Virus record (IMG/VR): IMGVR_UViG_3300028326_000230
Coordinates: 1-53,621 of that record
Direction: 5' to 3' (one strand)
From: a virus
Taxonomy: Duplodnaviria; Caudoviricetes
DNA length: 53,621 nucleotides
Made by a program: the position numbers and the translations under genes. Under the pieces are notes generated by a model. It was not told the origin of the DNA. It saw nothing but the letters and a program-made list of their open reading frames with translations, and did no database searches. Positions 1 to 8,535 of the stretch are shown here, piece by piece. The first letter of the stretch is position 1, and each line of letters begins with the position of its first letter.

Positions 1-56
1 TCGGCCTCGCGAAGGATGCCGACCATCTGCTCTTCCGAAAATCGTCCCTTTCTCAT
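1..56 (-). CDS. IS3-family transposase OrfA, N-terminus (partial)
   Basis: Manual translation MRKGRFSEEQMVGILREA matches the typical IS3/IS407 OrfA start. Confidence 0.85.
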   Translation of the reverse strand, partial: MRKGRFSEEQMVGILREA

Positions 57-125
57 GGCTCCCTCTTTGTCGTCGGGAGTCACCTTCTCAAGTTTCAGAT
101 GGTCCGAAAAGACCAGGGCAGGTCA
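1..125 (-). mobile_element. Left end of an IS3-family (IS407-like) insertion sequence, running off the window edge
   Basis: The minus strand starts TGACCTGCCCTGGTC at 125, an IS3-type 5'-TG terminus, followed by an RBS (GAGGGAG) and an orfA start at 56. Confidence 0.8.
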
Positions 126-178
126 GTACAGCAGGAACGCCACATGATAAAAGTCTGAATTTGAAACAGGATTTATCG

Positions 179-634
179 ATGAGAATTCTTGCAGGAATTA
201 TTGCCACTCTAGTTATCGCATTAATTCTATATATATTCTATTTCCTTCAAAAAAATGATACTTTGCTTGACGACGGCGCGACTGTAGAAGATTGCATTTA
301 CAATAAAACTAAAAATGTCACCACAGAAATTGCGAAAGGAATAGCAGTACGGAAGTGTCGGAAAAAATTTAAGGACATTGCGCAGCGAAATCATTATCTC
401 GCCATACTCAAGATCGAAAAATTACATTACCAACCACTCTGCGTGATAAATCTCGAAAACTTCCGAAACGAAAACAAAGACTACTACAGACAAGCAAAAT
501 TAATCGATGTAGCGGAAGATCTTTTTACCCGCTCAGGTTCTGAAGAATCAGGCGTGTCATTTGAACAATTTGCCATCGACAACAGCTTAGTAGACCAACT
601 TGCAAACGAAGCCCGTTCTGTTGGAATAAAATAA
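179..634 (+). CDS. Membrane-anchored hypothetical protein; its C-terminal domain is homologous to the N-terminus of the giant phage protein
   Basis: N-terminal TM helix (ILAGIIATLVIALILYIFYFL) and a Cys-x20-Cys segment. Residues 96-147 of the TTG-161 ORF align ungapped to giant-protein residues 3-54. ATG 179 or TTG 161 start. Confidence 0.75.
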   Translation: MRILAGIIATLVIALILYIFYFLQKNDTLLDDGATVEDCIYNKTKNVTTEIAKGIAVRKCRKKFKDIAQRNHYLAILKIEKLHYQPLCVINLENFRNENKDYYRQAKLIDVAEDLFTRSGSEESGVSFEQFAIDNSLVDQLANEARSVGIK

Positions 635-824
635 ATATATAACAAAAAACGTCATAATTATTTCTAAACGCCACCAGATACTATTTACCTACACGTATCG
701 TCAATCACATTGAAAACATTGTAATATCCACATGTAATAAAAACATAAAATGCGAGCATATCATTACATAATAACATGTAAAACGCTGCAGCAAAATTAA
801 AAAAATAGCCTGCTATTAAAAACT

Positions 825-1763
825 ATGAATACAAAACAAAAAGTTTTTTTTCGTCGGGTCATGCTTGTAGCCGGTATTCTTCTTATATTTTCATTTGGTT
901 TTTACATATATCCTTTTGTCTTTAAAACATTTCCAGAAATAGATATCCGGATACGCTCAATAATTGTCATCTTAATCAGTATTTCAATAAGTATTGCAGC
1001 GGTAGCGCTACAAAAAAGTATCGAAAAGAAAGGAGAAAAAAATGAATTTCTTGAGATAGACTTCCGAAATTCACCATATAATCAAAAAAAACAATTAGTA
1101 TCCCTACAGGAATATATAAAAAAATTAATTGCACAGAATGACAACAAAAATAATGCAGAACTAATTGCAACAATAAATGAATTAAGCAACGCTAAAGTTG
1201 ATGACAAAACATATGAAAAATTTGAAAAATATTTTAAGTCAATAATTGATAAAATTGAGCAACAGATATCAGTTGCAGACGAAAAATCATCAATATTACT
1301 AAATCGTGGAATCCTATATGCTAAATTTGGAATCACTTTTTTCATTTTCAGCATAGCAGCATGGCAAATATTGAGCTTAATATTTCAATTTCATGAACAT
1401 TTTATTTACGGGATAATATCCTGCTCCATTCTATTTATATTTGTTGAATTTATTAGCGCTTGGTTCCTAAAACAATATCGTTGTTTTATTGACACTTCAA
1501 CATATCTAATTAAAATCAAATCAATATTTGATAAATACTTTCTTTGCTATATGTTTACAAAAGAGACAAAAACGTCCAACCAACACATTCAATGTATGTT
1601 AGATATTTTAAGTGCGGAAATCAAATGGCCAGAATCATATCTGTCCAAGAAAATGGATAATGGCTTCGCAAAAGAAGCAATGGAATCCATGACTTGTTTT
1701 TTTGAAGCCATGAAATCTCAAACAAAAGAACTAAAAACAAAAAAAGCTGAAAACGATAATTGA
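825..1763 (+). CDS. AT-rich hypothetical membrane protein (2 TM, coiled-coil, 2 TM)
   Basis: 312-aa ORF with four hydrophobic segments flanking a Lys/Glu-rich helical region. Confidence 0.75.
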   Translation: MNTKQKVFFRRVMLVAGILLIFSFGFYIYPFVFKTFPEIDIRIRSIIVILISISISIAAVALQKSIEKKGEKNEFLEIDFRNSPYNQKKQLVSLQEYIKKLIAQNDNKNNAELIATINELSNAKVDDKTYEKFEKYFKSIIDKIEQQISVADEKSSILLNRGILYAKFGITFFIFSIAAWQILSLIFQFHEHFIYGIISCSILFIFVEFISAWFLKQYRCFIDTSTYLIKIKSIFDKYFLCYMFTKETKTSNQHIQCMLDILSAEIKWPESYLSKKMDNGFAKEAMESMTCFFEAMKSQTKELKTKKAENDN

Positions 1764-1905
1764 TAAAAAATTCAATTTTAGGGCTTGGAAAACTATTGTC
1801 CTTCAAAATCAATAGAGATTTACACCAATGGAATAAGATACGAAGCTTGATACAGTTTTTTCCATGAAATATAAAATATTCATCCCTAAATAAGGAGATA
1901 ACCAT

Positions 1906-2274
1906 ATGCACCTCCACCTAGTTCCCTGCGGAATATATCAAAATAAAGGGCCAATTCAAGCACAAAATTTATACTACTCCCAACGATTTATAGACGCAAA
2001 AAATCATTGCACAACGAAAGGACTATTATGGCGCATCATTTCGACAAAGCATAACCTGCTCGATCCAACGACGGTAATAGCAAACTACAATACTCCTATT
2101 CCTATCACCGGTACTCAAAACTATGCAAACTGGTTAAGCACAATAATTTCTCAACTGGGAACTATCATTTCTACTAGTGACAATATTACTGTTGTTAATT
2201 CTACACCAAGTTTTGCACCCTTATTTGCTGATATCAAATTAATTTACAGCAATCTTGCTCTTATCTCTGTATAG
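1906..2274 (+). CDS. DUF6884-like protein
   Basis: Strong RBS (AAGGAG). The pattern LVPCG...AQNLYYSQRF...WRIISTKHNLLDPTTVIANYN resembles the DUF6884 consensus (A.DLY.S..F...ILSAKYGL..P...I..YD). Confidence 0.6.
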   Translation: MHLHLVPCGIYQNKGPIQAQNLYYSQRFIDAKNHCTTKGLLWRIISTKHNLLDPTTVIANYNTPIPITGTQNYANWLSTIISQLGTIISTSDNITVVNSTPSFAPLFADIKLIYSNLALISV

Positions 2275-2482
2275 TCAGCTACCTCCGGCAAAGCCTGGGG
2301 CATGCAAGGCAGTGAACCGCTCAAAGCGATTTAAGAGAAAGCTGGCTAAAGCTGGCAACCGCTAAACCAAGTTAAGTTGCTCCAACCGGCGATCTTCTTG
2401 CTCTTGTTTCCTGATGTATTCACGAACAAGAGCCTCATCCAGACCGACGGTTGAAACGAAGTAATTACGTGCCCAAAAGCTA
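2274..2482 (-). pseudogene. tnpA: IS200/IS605-family remnant: C-terminus of TnpA (Y1 transposase) plus right-end hairpin region
   Basis: 2478->2362 translates FWARNYFVSTVGLDEALVREYIRKQEQEDRRLEQLNLV*. Downstream lies CGCTTTGAGCGGTTCA...CCCCAGGCTTTGCCGGAGG, an IS200-type end. Truncated at the IS1595 left IR. Confidence 0.85.
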
Positions 2483-2547
2483 GGCGATATTATACTTTAC
2501 AAACCCAACCGGGCCAAGTATGTTTTAGCCAAGTTGAGGGTAACCCC

Positions 2548-3480
2548 ATGATCATTCATTCAAAGCCTTTTTTTCACGACGAGCACGCATCCATTGAAAA
2601 GCTTGAGCAAATTCTCTGGCCGAACGGGCCGGTTTGCCCACATTGCGGTGGAACCGAGAAGATATATCGGCTAAATGGTAGTTCTACCCGGGCCGGGTTG
2701 CTTAAGTGTGGACATTGTCGGAAACAGTTCACGGTAAAAGTGGGAACGGTATTCGAGTCCAGCCATGTGCCTCTCTACAAGTGGCTTCAGGCGGTCTACC
2801 TCATGTGCACCAGTAAAAAAGGAATCAGTGCGAACCAGCTCCACCGGACCCTTGAGGTGACCCTCAAAACGGCGTGGTTTATGGCGCACAGAATTCGTGA
2901 AGCCATGAAAGATGGCCTTATCCCCATGATGGGTGGAGAGGGGAAAATCGTGGAGGTGGACGAGACTTTTATCGGACGCGACTACACGATTAAACCCAGG
3001 GGGGATAAGCGTGGGCGCGGGTATGCCTATAAACATAAAGTTCTTGCACTTGTGGAGCGTGGGGGAAAGACCATCAATATGGTAATTGATGATCTTAAAG
3101 CTAAAACATTGCTGCCTATTCTAAAGGAGCAAATAGATCAGCAATCTAACATTACGACGGACGAAGCTAGTAAGTATGATGCCTTGAATAAATATTTCGT
3201 TGTCCATGACTTTGTGTATCATAGACAAGGTGAATATGGGTGTGGAATTATTCACCAGAACATTATTGAAGGATTTTTCAGTATCTCCAAACGAGGGATG
3301 AAGGGGGTTTATCAACACTGTACCCAAAAGCACCTTCATCGATATATTGCAGAATTTGACTTTAGGTATAACAATAGGGAAATTTCTGACATAGACAATC
3401 TTTACTATATCATTGGCGACATATCGGGTAAAAGGCTTATGTACAGGGACTCATTAATCGCTGTGGCAGTAGGAATGTAG
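2548..3480 (+). CDS. IS1595-family DDE transposase
   Basis: Zn ribbon CPHCG...CGHC, HTH (KKGISANQLHRTL...TAWFMAHRIR), catalytic VEVDETFIG / TTDE / NIIEGFFS, and YIAEFDFRYNNR. Confidence 0.93.
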   Translation: MIIHSKPFFHDEHASIEKLEQILWPNGPVCPHCGGTEKIYRLNGSSTRAGLLKCGHCRKQFTVKVGTVFESSHVPLYKWLQAVYLMCTSKKGISANQLHRTLEVTLKTAWFMAHRIREAMKDGLIPMMGGEGKIVEVDETFIGRDYTIKPRGDKRGRGYAYKHKVLALVERGGKTINMVIDDLKAKTLLPILKEQIDQQSNITTDEASKYDALNKYFVVHDFVYHRQGEYGCGIIHQNIIEGFFSISKRGMKGVYQHCTQKHLHRYIAEFDFRYNNREISDIDNLYYIIGDISGKRLMYRDSLIAVAVGM

Positions 3481-3482
3481 CC

Positions 3483-4292
3483 ATGGCTCATATTAAAATC
3501 AGAATGACCCTCGCTCGTGGATTGCCAGGAGTTCCTCTTGGCCATCTTTCCAAAGCTACGAAAGCTCTTGAAGATTTTTTGCATGTCCTGTCTATTGAGA
3601 ACGGGATAGAACTTGATCCTTGCAAATGGGTAGCTGAGTGCTTTAACGACAAGCACAGTGTTGCATTCAGCGCAATGAACCTTGACCAGTGCACTGACAG
3701 TCAGTTTATAGATTACAATAGGTCATTTGATTATGTTGCGAACTTTGATCCTTCCAAGGATGAAGTTTGCTATGTTTCCGGAGAGGTTATGGAAAAGTGG
3801 GTTGAGCTTGGTTCTAAGGCTCTGCCTGATATTCCAATTTATTTGGGATATTACACTACTCCATTATCTAAAAAAGCTAGGAGTGTACCTGCATTAAGCA
3901 AGAGTAAAGCCATGCGGTTGAAAAAATTTTTAACCGACAGAATAGTTTATAATACTACTCTGCTTTGTGAAATATCTTCTCTCCAGATAGATCAACTTTA
4001 CATAAACATTAGAGACGTTGCAACTGGACAAATTTTTAAATGCTATTTTGATGACGATAAGTATAAAGATATTTTGGGATCGATATACGACAGAGGTTCC
4101 AGGATATATATATCCGGCATGGTAACAGCCTTCCGCGTTGGACTAAAGGTTGAAAAAATGAAGCTTGAGAACTTTGAAACGGCTCCAGTTTATCAAGATG
4201 GTGATTTGGAAAAGTTACATGGTCTTTTTCCGGATATGACCGGGAAAGAATCTACTTCTGACTTTATAGACAAGGTCCGGCATGATGACTAA
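3483..4292 (+). CDS. Hypothetical passenger protein, possible antitoxin/partner of the PIN protein
   Basis: 269-aa ORF starting 2 nt after the transposase stop and overlapping the PIN gene. The C-terminal half is beta-rich (possible OB fold, inference). Confidence 0.7.
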   Translation: MAHIKIRMTLARGLPGVPLGHLSKATKALEDFLHVLSIENGIELDPCKWVAECFNDKHSVAFSAMNLDQCTDSQFIDYNRSFDYVANFDPSKDEVCYVSGEVMEKWVELGSKALPDIPIYLGYYTTPLSKKARSVPALSKSKAMRLKKFLTDRIVYNTTLLCEISSLQIDQLYINIRDVATGQIFKCYFDDDKYKDILGSIYDRGSRIYISGMVTAFRVGLKVEKMKLENFETAPVYQDGDLEKLHGLFPDMTGKESTSDFIDKVRHDD

Positions 4293-4875
4293 GAGCAAAA
4301 TATATATAGACTCGTGCTGTGTAATCAATTATTGCAAAGGAGAAACTAGAAGTAATTTAACAGAGGATGAAAAGAAAGATGTTTGGTTTATAAAAAGGAT
4401 GTTTTTAGCCAAATTTCATAATGATGTAGAAATTTTTACATCAGCATTAACTATAGCTGAATGTTTATATACGGACAAGATGACTTTTTCAGCAACAGAT
4501 GAAGAAAAGGAAATATTTAACAGGGTGCTTTTATCGGGTAGAATTGCACTATCTTACCCAGTTGACCACCTAATAGCATTAAAATCTCGTGATATTAGAT
4601 GGAACAATAAGATAAACATACGTCGTGGTGCTGACGGTGTCCACGTTGCGACTGCTGTAAACCTTAAATGCAATGAACTGTGGACCATTGATGGCAAGAT
4701 AGCGAAGGATGATGCTAGGAAAAAAATATTTTCTCAATATGGTTTGGCTATAATAAATCCGTCAAAAACATTATGTTTGCCAGATGAATATAAAAAGCTC
4801 TTGCTTACCGATAAAATTGAAGAGGGCATTAGAGATGGAAAAAGAAAAAAAGCAGAAGCAATCCAACCAGTATGA
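4282..4875 (+). CDS. PIN-domain (VapC-like) ribonuclease
   Basis: PIN acidic motifs IYIDSCCVI, SALTIAEC, ADGVHVATA and LWTIDGK. Confidence 0.85.
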   Translation: MMTKSKIYIDSCCVINYCKGETRSNLTEDEKKDVWFIKRMFLAKFHNDVEIFTSALTIAECLYTDKMTFSATDEEKEIFNRVLLSGRIALSYPVDHLIALKSRDIRWNNKINIRRGADGVHVATAVNLKCNELWTIDGKIAKDDARKKIFSQYGLAIINPSKTLCLPDEYKKLLLTDKIEEGIRDGKRKKAEAIQPV

Positions 4876-5005
4876 AAAATTTGCAGAAGTAGCCAAAATA
4901 CTTCAGTGCGACGAAAGCGAATCAGCCTTTGACGCAGCCCTCTCCAAGTTGGCCAAGCAGCCGCCAGCCCCCAAGCCTATCAAGAAAGACAAACCAACCA
5001 AATAG
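4835..5005 (+). CDS. Small IS1595-associated hypothetical protein
   Basis: MEKEKKQKQSNQYEKFAEVAKILQCDESESAFDAALSKLAK resembles the short Q..KF...A..L.CDE.E.AFD..L.KL proteins recalled from IS1595 element ends. Confidence 0.6.
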   Translation: MEKEKKQKQSNQYEKFAEVAKILQCDESESAFDAALSKLAKQPPAPKPIKKDKPTK

Positions 5006-5075
5006 CCTTAGCGACCTAGCCTAGCCTAATCCCACTGGATTTGGTGGGTTTGTAAAGTATAACTTCGCCCTATGT

Positions 5076-5759
5076 ATGTGTGGCCGATTCGCCCTTGCCA
5101 TCCCGCGACGGTTTGTTGCCGAAGCCGTAGGTCTTCCCGGACTCCCCGAGGTCCCCGACCGCTATAACATTGCCCCAACCCAGCTCGTGGAGGCGATCTA
5201 TGCCGACCGGCATGTCACACGTCGGGTGGCGGGTCTTTTTCGCTGGGGGCTTGTCCCATTCTGGGCCAAAGATCCAAAGATCGGGATCAAGTGCATCAAC
5301 GCCCGGATCGAAACCGTTTTTGACAAGCCGGCCTTCCGGGCAGCCATCCGCTATCGACGCTGCCTGATCCCCGCCCAGGGCTTCTACGAATGGCAGCATA
5401 ACGGCCCAGGGCACAAGGTGCCGTACTTTTTGACTCTGGAAAACGGCAGCGTCATGGTCATGGCCGGGATCTTCGAGCACTGGACCGGCCCGGACGGCGC
5501 CGTCCGCGATACCCTGGCCATTCTCACCCGCGAGGCCAACGGCGTAGTCCAGCTGCTGCATGACCGCATGCCCGTGATCCTGCCGCAGTCCAACCATGCC
5601 GCCTGGCTTGATCCTTTGCGTACAGCCCAGGCGGATATCCGGGACATCCTGGCAGCTCCATCCCCGCTCCTCACCGCAATCCCCATCGGTGCGCTCGTCA
5701 ACAGCCCCCGCAACGAGGGACCCGAACTTCTCACCCCCGTAGGCCCTCCACTTACCTAA
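5076..5759 (+). CDS. SOS response-associated peptidase (SRAP, YedK/HMCES family)
   Basis: N-terminal MCGRF, RYNIAPTQ, WGLVPFW, INARIET, RRCLIPAQGFYEW, HDRMPVIL, VNSPRNEG. Confidence 0.95.
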   Translation: MCGRFALAIPRRFVAEAVGLPGLPEVPDRYNIAPTQLVEAIYADRHVTRRVAGLFRWGLVPFWAKDPKIGIKCINARIETVFDKPAFRAAIRYRRCLIPAQGFYEWQHNGPGHKVPYFLTLENGSVMVMAGIFEHWTGPDGAVRDTLAILTREANGVVQLLHDRMPVILPQSNHAAWLDPLRTAQADIRDILAAPSPLLTAIPIGALVNSPRNEGPELLTPVGPPLT

Positions 5760-5775
5760 AATTGCTTATGATAAT

Positions 5776-5787
5776 GAACAGCTGTTT
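5776..5787 (+). promoter_or_regulatory. Putative LexA-type operator (GAAC-N4-GTTT) in the umuD promoter
   Basis: GAACAGCTGTTT, with core palindrome AACAGCTGTT, lies between TTGCTT (5762) and TATAAT (5787-5792) upstream of umuD. Confidence 0.5.
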
Positions 5788-5830
5788 ATAATTATAGACA
5801 ACAGACCAGGCTTCCTTCTATGAAGGGGCC

Positions 5831-6259
5831 ATGCAAGCGTTGACCTTTTTACCCCTGGCCGCCCCAACCCGGTTGGCTCTGCCCCTCTACTTATCGCCAG
5901 TCGCGGCCGGTTTTCCCTCGCCAGCCGAGGACTATATCGACCGGAAACTCGACCTCAACGAGCAGCTTATCCGCAACCCGGCGTCCACGTTCTTTGTGCG
6001 CGTGGACGGCGACTCCATGCGCGACGCCAGCATCGCTTCCGGTGACATCCTGGTGGTGGATCGATCCCTGGCCCCCCGCAACAACGCCATCGCCATCGCC
6101 GCGATCAATGGCGAGCTGACCGTCAAGCGTCTGAAAAAAGTCCTGTCACGGCTGTGGCTCGTGCCCGAAAACCCGGAATTTCCACCCATCGAAATCGTCC
6201 CGGAAATGCAATTCGAGATCTGGGGCGTAGTCACCTACATCATCCACAAGGCGGTCTGA
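5831..6259 (+). CDS. umuD: DNA polymerase V accessory subunit UmuD (S24 autopeptidase)
   Basis: VAAGFPSPAEDY cleavage site, FFVRVDGDSM (catalytic Ser), TVKRL (catalytic Lys). Confidence 0.95.
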   Translation: MQALTFLPLAAPTRLALPLYLSPVAAGFPSPAEDYIDRKLDLNEQLIRNPASTFFVRVDGDSMRDASIASGDILVVDRSLAPRNNAIAIAAINGELTVKRLKKVLSRLWLVPENPEFPPIEIVPEMQFEIWGVVTYIIHKAV

Positions 6260-6261
6260 CC

Positions 6262-7539
6262 ATGGCCCGGGTTTTCGCCCTGGTGGACTGCAATTCCTTT
6301 TACGCGTCCTGCGAAAAGGTCTTTGTCCCGGCCCTGGCCAGGCGGCCGGTGGTTGTGCTCTCGAACAACGACGGCTGCATCGTGGCCCGCTCGGCCGAGG
6401 CCAAAGCCCTGGGTATTCCTATGGGGAAACCGCTTTTTCAGTGCCGGGACCTTATCCGCTGCCATGACGTGGCCGTATTCTCGTCGAACTATGCCCTGTA
6501 CGGCGACCTCTCGGCCCGGGTCATGGCCACCTTGGCCAGATTCACACCGGAACTGGAAATATATTCCATCGACGAGGCGTTCCTGGAGTTAACCGGGATG
6601 TCCGAAGACCTGACCGCCTATTGCCTTCGCATTCGGGAGACGGTCAGGCGCTGGACCGGAATTCCGGTCTCCATCGGTATCGGTCCAACCAAGACCCTGG
6701 CCAAAGTCGCCAACAAGCTGGCCAAACAATATCCTCGCCTGGACGGCGTGCTGGATCTGACCGGGCGTGCCGACCTGGAACCGGTCCTGGCCCGGGTTGC
6801 CATCGATGATGTCTGGGGCATTGGCCGGCGCTACGCGGCCATGCTCGAAAAGTATGGCGTACGTACGGCGTTGGACTTCTCTCGGTTGCCCCGGGACTGG
6901 GTCAAAAAGAAGATGACCGTGGGCGGACTGCATACGCTGCTGGAACTGCAAGGCGTATCCTGCCTGTCCCTGGAGCAAGCGCCGGCGCCGAAGAAATCCA
7001 TAGTGTCCTCGCGCTCCTTCGGCGAACCGGTCACGACCTTGGCGGACATGCGCGAAGCCCTGTCCTGGCACGTGTCCCGGGCAGCGGAAAAACTGCGGGC
7101 ACAACGGGGACTGGCCTCCTCGATCCTCGTCTTCGTGCAGACCAATAAATTCATTGCCGGAGAACCGCAGTACGCCGCATCGGACTCGACAGCCCTCCCG
7201 ATCCCCACCGCCTACACCCAGGATCTGCTTCAGGCCGGCCTGGGCCTCCTGGAACGGCTTTTCAAGCCGGGCTACCGCTACAAAAAGGCTGGCGTCATGC
7301 TGGTCGGCATCGAACGGGCATGCGCTGTCCAGGGATCACTGCTGGCGTTGCCGGAGGAGGCGGACACGCGGCGCAAAGCGCTCATGACGGCCCTCGACCG
7401 GGTTAATTCCCGATGGGGGCGCGAAGCGCTAAGGCTGGCGGCCACAGGAATCAAACGATCCTGGACCATGCGCCAGGAACGGCGCTCGCCGAGATATACC
7501 ACGATATGGTCTGAACTTCCGGTGGTCAGGGCAAGGTAA
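6262..7539 (+). CDS. umuC: Y-family DNA polymerase V catalytic subunit UmuC
   Basis: FALVDCNSFYASCE, VLSNNDGC, YSIDEAF, and C-terminal W.MRQERRSPRYTT. Start reassigned to ATG 6262. Confidence 0.95.
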   Translation: MARVFALVDCNSFYASCEKVFVPALARRPVVVLSNNDGCIVARSAEAKALGIPMGKPLFQCRDLIRCHDVAVFSSNYALYGDLSARVMATLARFTPELEIYSIDEAFLELTGMSEDLTAYCLRIRETVRRWTGIPVSIGIGPTKTLAKVANKLAKQYPRLDGVLDLTGRADLEPVLARVAIDDVWGIGRRYAAMLEKYGVRTALDFSRLPRDWVKKKMTVGGLHTLLELQGVSCLSLEQAPAPKKSIVSSRSFGEPVTTLADMREALSWHVSRAAEKLRAQRGLASSILVFVQTNKFIAGEPQYAASDSTALPIPTAYTQDLLQAGLGLLERLFKPGYRYKKAGVMLVGIERACAVQGSLLALPEEADTRRKALMTALDRVNSRWGREALRLAATGIKRSWTMRQERRSPRYTTIWSELPVVRAR

Positions 7540-7576
7540 GAAACTAAAATCGGACGCGATTACTCTCAGACATGAA

Positions 7577-7837
7577 TCACGGCAAAAGATTATCTGGCAA
7601 CTGCATCGCCAACAATTGTGCCCGACGCTTTGCAGGTAATGGTTCCCTGCAGGAAATCAACCATTTCCCTGGCGCAGACTTATGAACGCCCATCCTCTTG
7701 GCCAATTTCGCAAGAGACAACCCCTGAACCTGCAGCCAAACCTGCAACCGCTTGGCGCGGGGCATGCCGGCAAAGACACCCGGAAGGGGCAACGAGCTGT
7801 GCATCTTGGCGATTGGATCGAAAAAATTGGTGGCCAT
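7577..7837 (-). CDS. Small XRE/Cro-like HTH protein
   Basis: QGLSLAKLAKRMGVHKSAPGKWL HTH pattern; ATG 7837 overlaps the upstream stop (TGATG). Confidence 0.65.
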   Translation of the reverse strand: MATNFFDPIAKMHSSLPLPGVFAGMPRAKRLQVWLQVQGLSLAKLAKRMGVHKSAPGKWLISCREPLPAKRRAQLLAMQLPDNLLP

Positions 7838-8523
7838 CAGCTCGGCACCATGATCGTCAGATCGAGCGCCCGCAGCTGGGACGGTTTGGAGCAGTCTTTG
7901 ATTTTGGCCACGAGCGCCTGGCGTTGCCCGATGATGTTGGCGCTTGTTGCCGACCACGCCTCATTGTTGGCCTGCACGGCCATGGCGAATGCCGCGTAGG
8001 TTTCTCCGGTCACGGCGATGATCCCACCGATCACCGGATATTTTGCAGCGGTTGGACTTGTGTCCTGCAGGATAGCCTCCGCCTCCGCGAGCTGCGCTGA
8101 CCAGGTCTGGCGTTCCAAATCCGAGAACCGCGACGCAAGCGCCGCCAGGGCCGCCTGGCAGTTATCCCGGGCCGTTTCAATTGCCGCCGTTTTGAGTGCA
8201 TCCATATCGGGCTGCAACCACTCCCCACCGAACATTGGCACTCCGGCTGGCGGATCGACCAAGGACACCACATCCGGCCAGGTCGCGGCCTCGATCACGG
8301 CGGCTTGCGCGTCCGTGGCCCGCAGCACGGCATACTCGCCGTCATAGTAGGTAGGGGCCGTGATCTCGGTGCCTGTGTCAGCATCGTAGACGCCAGGCGT
8401 CTTGACCACTTGGCCCACCCAAATCCAGTCGCCCACCACCTGCCCGTCGCACACCAATCCCAACACGTCCAGGGCCGTCACGAGTGTGCTCTGATCCGTC
8501 GTTTTGAAACAAAAATCCTGCAT
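7837..8523 (-). CDS. Phage tail fibre assembly-like protein
   Basis: C-terminal ERQTWSAQLAEAEA...IIGQRQALVAKIKDC pattern typical of tail-fibre chaperone-like phage proteins; RBS GAGG. Confidence 0.55.
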   Translation of the reverse strand: MQDFCFKTTDQSTLVTALDVLGLVCDGQVVGDWIWVGQVVKTPGVYDADTGTEITAPTYYDGEYAVLRATDAQAAVIEAATWPDVVSLVDPPAGVPMFGGEWLQPDMDALKTAAIETARDNCQAALAALASRFSDLERQTWSAQLAEAEAILQDTSPTAAKYPVIGGIIAVTGETYAAFAMAVQANNEAWSATSANIIGQRQALVAKIKDCSKPSQLRALDLTIMVPS

Positions 8524-8535
8524 TAACGCCTCGCT

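Larger units (their letters stand above)
2483..5069 (+). mobile_element. IS1595-family element with passenger genes (transporter IS), 2587 bp
   Basis: 25-bp terminal inverted repeats: GGCGATATTATACTTTACAAACCCA (2483-2507) versus the reverse complement of 5045-5069, GGCGAAGTTATACTTTACAAACCCA (23/25 identical). They enclose the transposase and three further ORFs. Confidence 0.9.

Noticed and set aside
5003-5030. Short pentamer run (minus strand GGCTA GGCTA GGTCG) near the IS1595 right end
   Set aside because: Only three units and far from the RAMP gene; indistinguishable from chance or IS-end sequence.
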